Below, in pieces: positions 62,359 through 64,000 of a stretch of 64,000 nt of DNA (its first letter is position 1; each line of letters starts with the position of its first letter). A model generated the notes under the pieces. It was not told where the DNA came from. It saw only the letters and a list, made by a program, of their open reading frames with translations, and made no database searches. The DNA is from Bdellovibrionales bacterium (GTDB lineage Bacteria; Bdellovibrionota; Bdellovibrionia; Bdellovibrionales; JAUICD01): positions 544,001 to 608,000 of the forward strand of contig OZ253553.1 of the NCBI GenBank assembly GCA_965262715.1. Direction: 5' to 3'. The translations under genes and the position numbers were made by a program.

Positions 62359-64000
62359 TTATTTTCCGATTTCTTGATAGACAAAACTAGGTCGCCTCAA
62401 TAAATTGAATGTATCCACAGTGATAGGCTCTGTGCTTTGTCTAGCTTCTTTCATTGCATTTGCAACTAATGGGGCTTGAGCATTTTTATTCCAAAAGGGA
62501 TGCAAAATGATAATGTTTTTTCCATTTATACAAAACCCAGGCAACTTACCATATTCTTTTGGTTTGCAATCAAAATTCAAACAAAATTTATTTCGCAGAG
62601 ATATTGCTCCATTTATCCCATCTATCCACCCTTCAAGTTCAGGAGCAGAGAAATCATTATCGATACCACACTTGTAACTTGAACTAAAAAAGGTTTTAAG
62701 AAGAGATACAGCTAATCGCCAATCAAGAAGGCCATGATAATGAATATTGCGATAAGCTTTCAAACATTTATGACAAGATGAGTCACACCCTTGAATATGC
62801 TCTTCTTCATAAAGACTCTGCATAAATCGGCTATTTATAGGGTTTTTTATTTCATTTAGAATTGTTGGGAGGGTTTTTTCAATTTGAGTAGAAAATCCAG
62901 CACCATTAGGCAGATGGTCATTCAATCTGATTTCTCCACTATCTTTTCCAGTTTGTAATCGTTTTCTGACGATATTTCCGACATCTAGTTCCTCTGGATC
63001 AATATCTAAATGTTCTGCAACAAGTGTTCTTAGTAGAAAGGCAGCAGAATAGTAAGCCCCTTTCATAGCAGAATGTTTTTTCAAAAGATTCAAATCCAAA
63101 TCATTAGGAATAGAAGCATGTATAATGCTAAAAACCTCTGTTTGTTTTCTAGAAGCCAAAGCAACAGTCATGTTTTCATTAGATTCAGATATGAATTTAA
63201 AGCCATTTTTATTTTGCTGATATTCTGAGGCAATCCATTGTTGATTTAATTCCCTACTATTCTTTTTCACAGTACCTATAGATCCAGAAAAAAACTGTTT
63301 GTTGTTATCATTGATTCTAAACACATTCCCTTCATTTGTGACGCTTATTTTGCAATTAAGGTTATCTAATAATTCATGATTGAAATCTTTTTCAATAAAA
63401 CTTCCTGCTCCCTGAAACACAGGCAGATCAATATCTTCAGCATCTTTTCCATTGGAAAAATCAGTTCGAAAGCCCTTTGGAATCACATATTTAAATTCAA
63501 CAATATATTTTTCTTTTATATTTATCTCACATTTTGGACATTTTACATAATTAGGTTTATTGTCAGATGACTCAATACACCGGCATGATTCACACCGAAA
63601 GAGCCACTTTTCCTCATAGATTGGATCATCTGTTTTTATATGATTATATTGTCCATATAAAGGTGATGTGAAACCAATAGCTGTATGAATTTTTTTATCT
63701 TTTGTTTTTTGAGAACCAGGAGCGAAATCAGAAATAGCTATCTCTAAATCCCTATCAATTGTTTGAAAGTCTTTTCCACGTTGACCATGATACAGATATC
63801 GAACTCTTGAAGGCATTCCAAACATAGGTAGAAGATTTTTTTCTGCCAAAGCCTCTGCTAAACCCATTTTAGGATTTTGACCTTTAATACTCTTGTCAAT
63901 CAATGCATAAAGCTCATTTTGAATAAATTCTTTGATGTGATTTTTATCTATATTTTCAACACCTACTGTCAGAGTTTCTATTATAGAATTAAAATTTCTT
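62359..64000 (-). CDS. C-terminal part of a large DEAD/DEAH helicase with DUF1998 (DruE/MrfA-like); 5' end outside the window
   Basis: LLPMFGMP, DRDLEIAISDFAPG, LPNGAGF and CDSSCHKCL..YRN. The frame stays open to the window edge. Confidence 0.8.
   Translation of the reverse strand, partial: RNFNSIIETLTVGVENIDKNHIKEFIQNELYALIDKSIKGQNPKMGLAEALAEKNLLPMFGMPSRVRYLYHGQRGKDFQTIDRDLEIAISDFAPGSQKTKDKKIHTAIGFTSPLYGQYNHIKTDDPIYEEKWLFRCESCRCIESSDNKPNYVKCPKCEINIKEKYIVEFKYVIPKGFRTDFSNGKDAEDIDLPVFQGAGSFIEKDFNHELLDNLNCKISVTNEGNVFRINDNNKQFFSGSIGTVKKNSRELNQQWIASEYQQNKNGFKFISESNENMTVALASRKQTEVFSIIHASIPNDLDLNLLKKHSAMKGAYYSAAFLLRTLVAEHLDIDPEELDVGNIVRKRLQTGKDSGEIRLNDHLPNGAGFSTQIEKTLPTILNEIKNPINSRFMQSLYEEEHIQGCDSSCHKCLKAYRNIHYHGLLDWRLAVSLLKTFFSSSYKCGIDNDFSAPELEGWIDGINGAISLRNKFCLNFDCKPKEYGKLPGFCINGKNIIILHPFWNKNAQAPLVANAMKEARQSTEPITVDTFNLLRRPSFVYQEIGK

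Overview
AT-rich bacterial chromosome segment. It is probably from a Bdellovibrionota-like organism; this is an inference from a GFQNC-type lipoprotein signal, split ComEC, DUF366 and many secreted orphans. Core genes include pgpA-cinA-recA, rpmG, dnaJ-dnaK, sufS, dppBCDF, sodB, ung, bamD, hpt, murB and ftsK. Defence-like genes lie at both edges: an OLD/GajA-type nuclease with an extra ~500-aa N-terminal region plus UvrD on the left, and a DUF1998 helicase on the right. An IS1634-family element with a 38-bp target duplication interrupts a secreted-protein gene. The most unusual feature is a 3.8-kb non-coding head-to-tail array of 15 copies of a 257-bp highly palindromic unit (14529-18299). It sits between an intact hipBA module and an orphan HTH antitoxin-like gene. 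The unit belongs to a dispersed family with about 10 further full or partial copies in this window, whose stems differ in sequence but keep pairing, suggesting a conserved RNA or ssDNA structure. At least three other intergenic palindromic repeat families, a gene bracketed by perfect 43-bp inverted repeats, and several duplicated or decayed gene fragments are also present. All calls come from reading the sequence and recognising motifs; no searches or folding programs were run.
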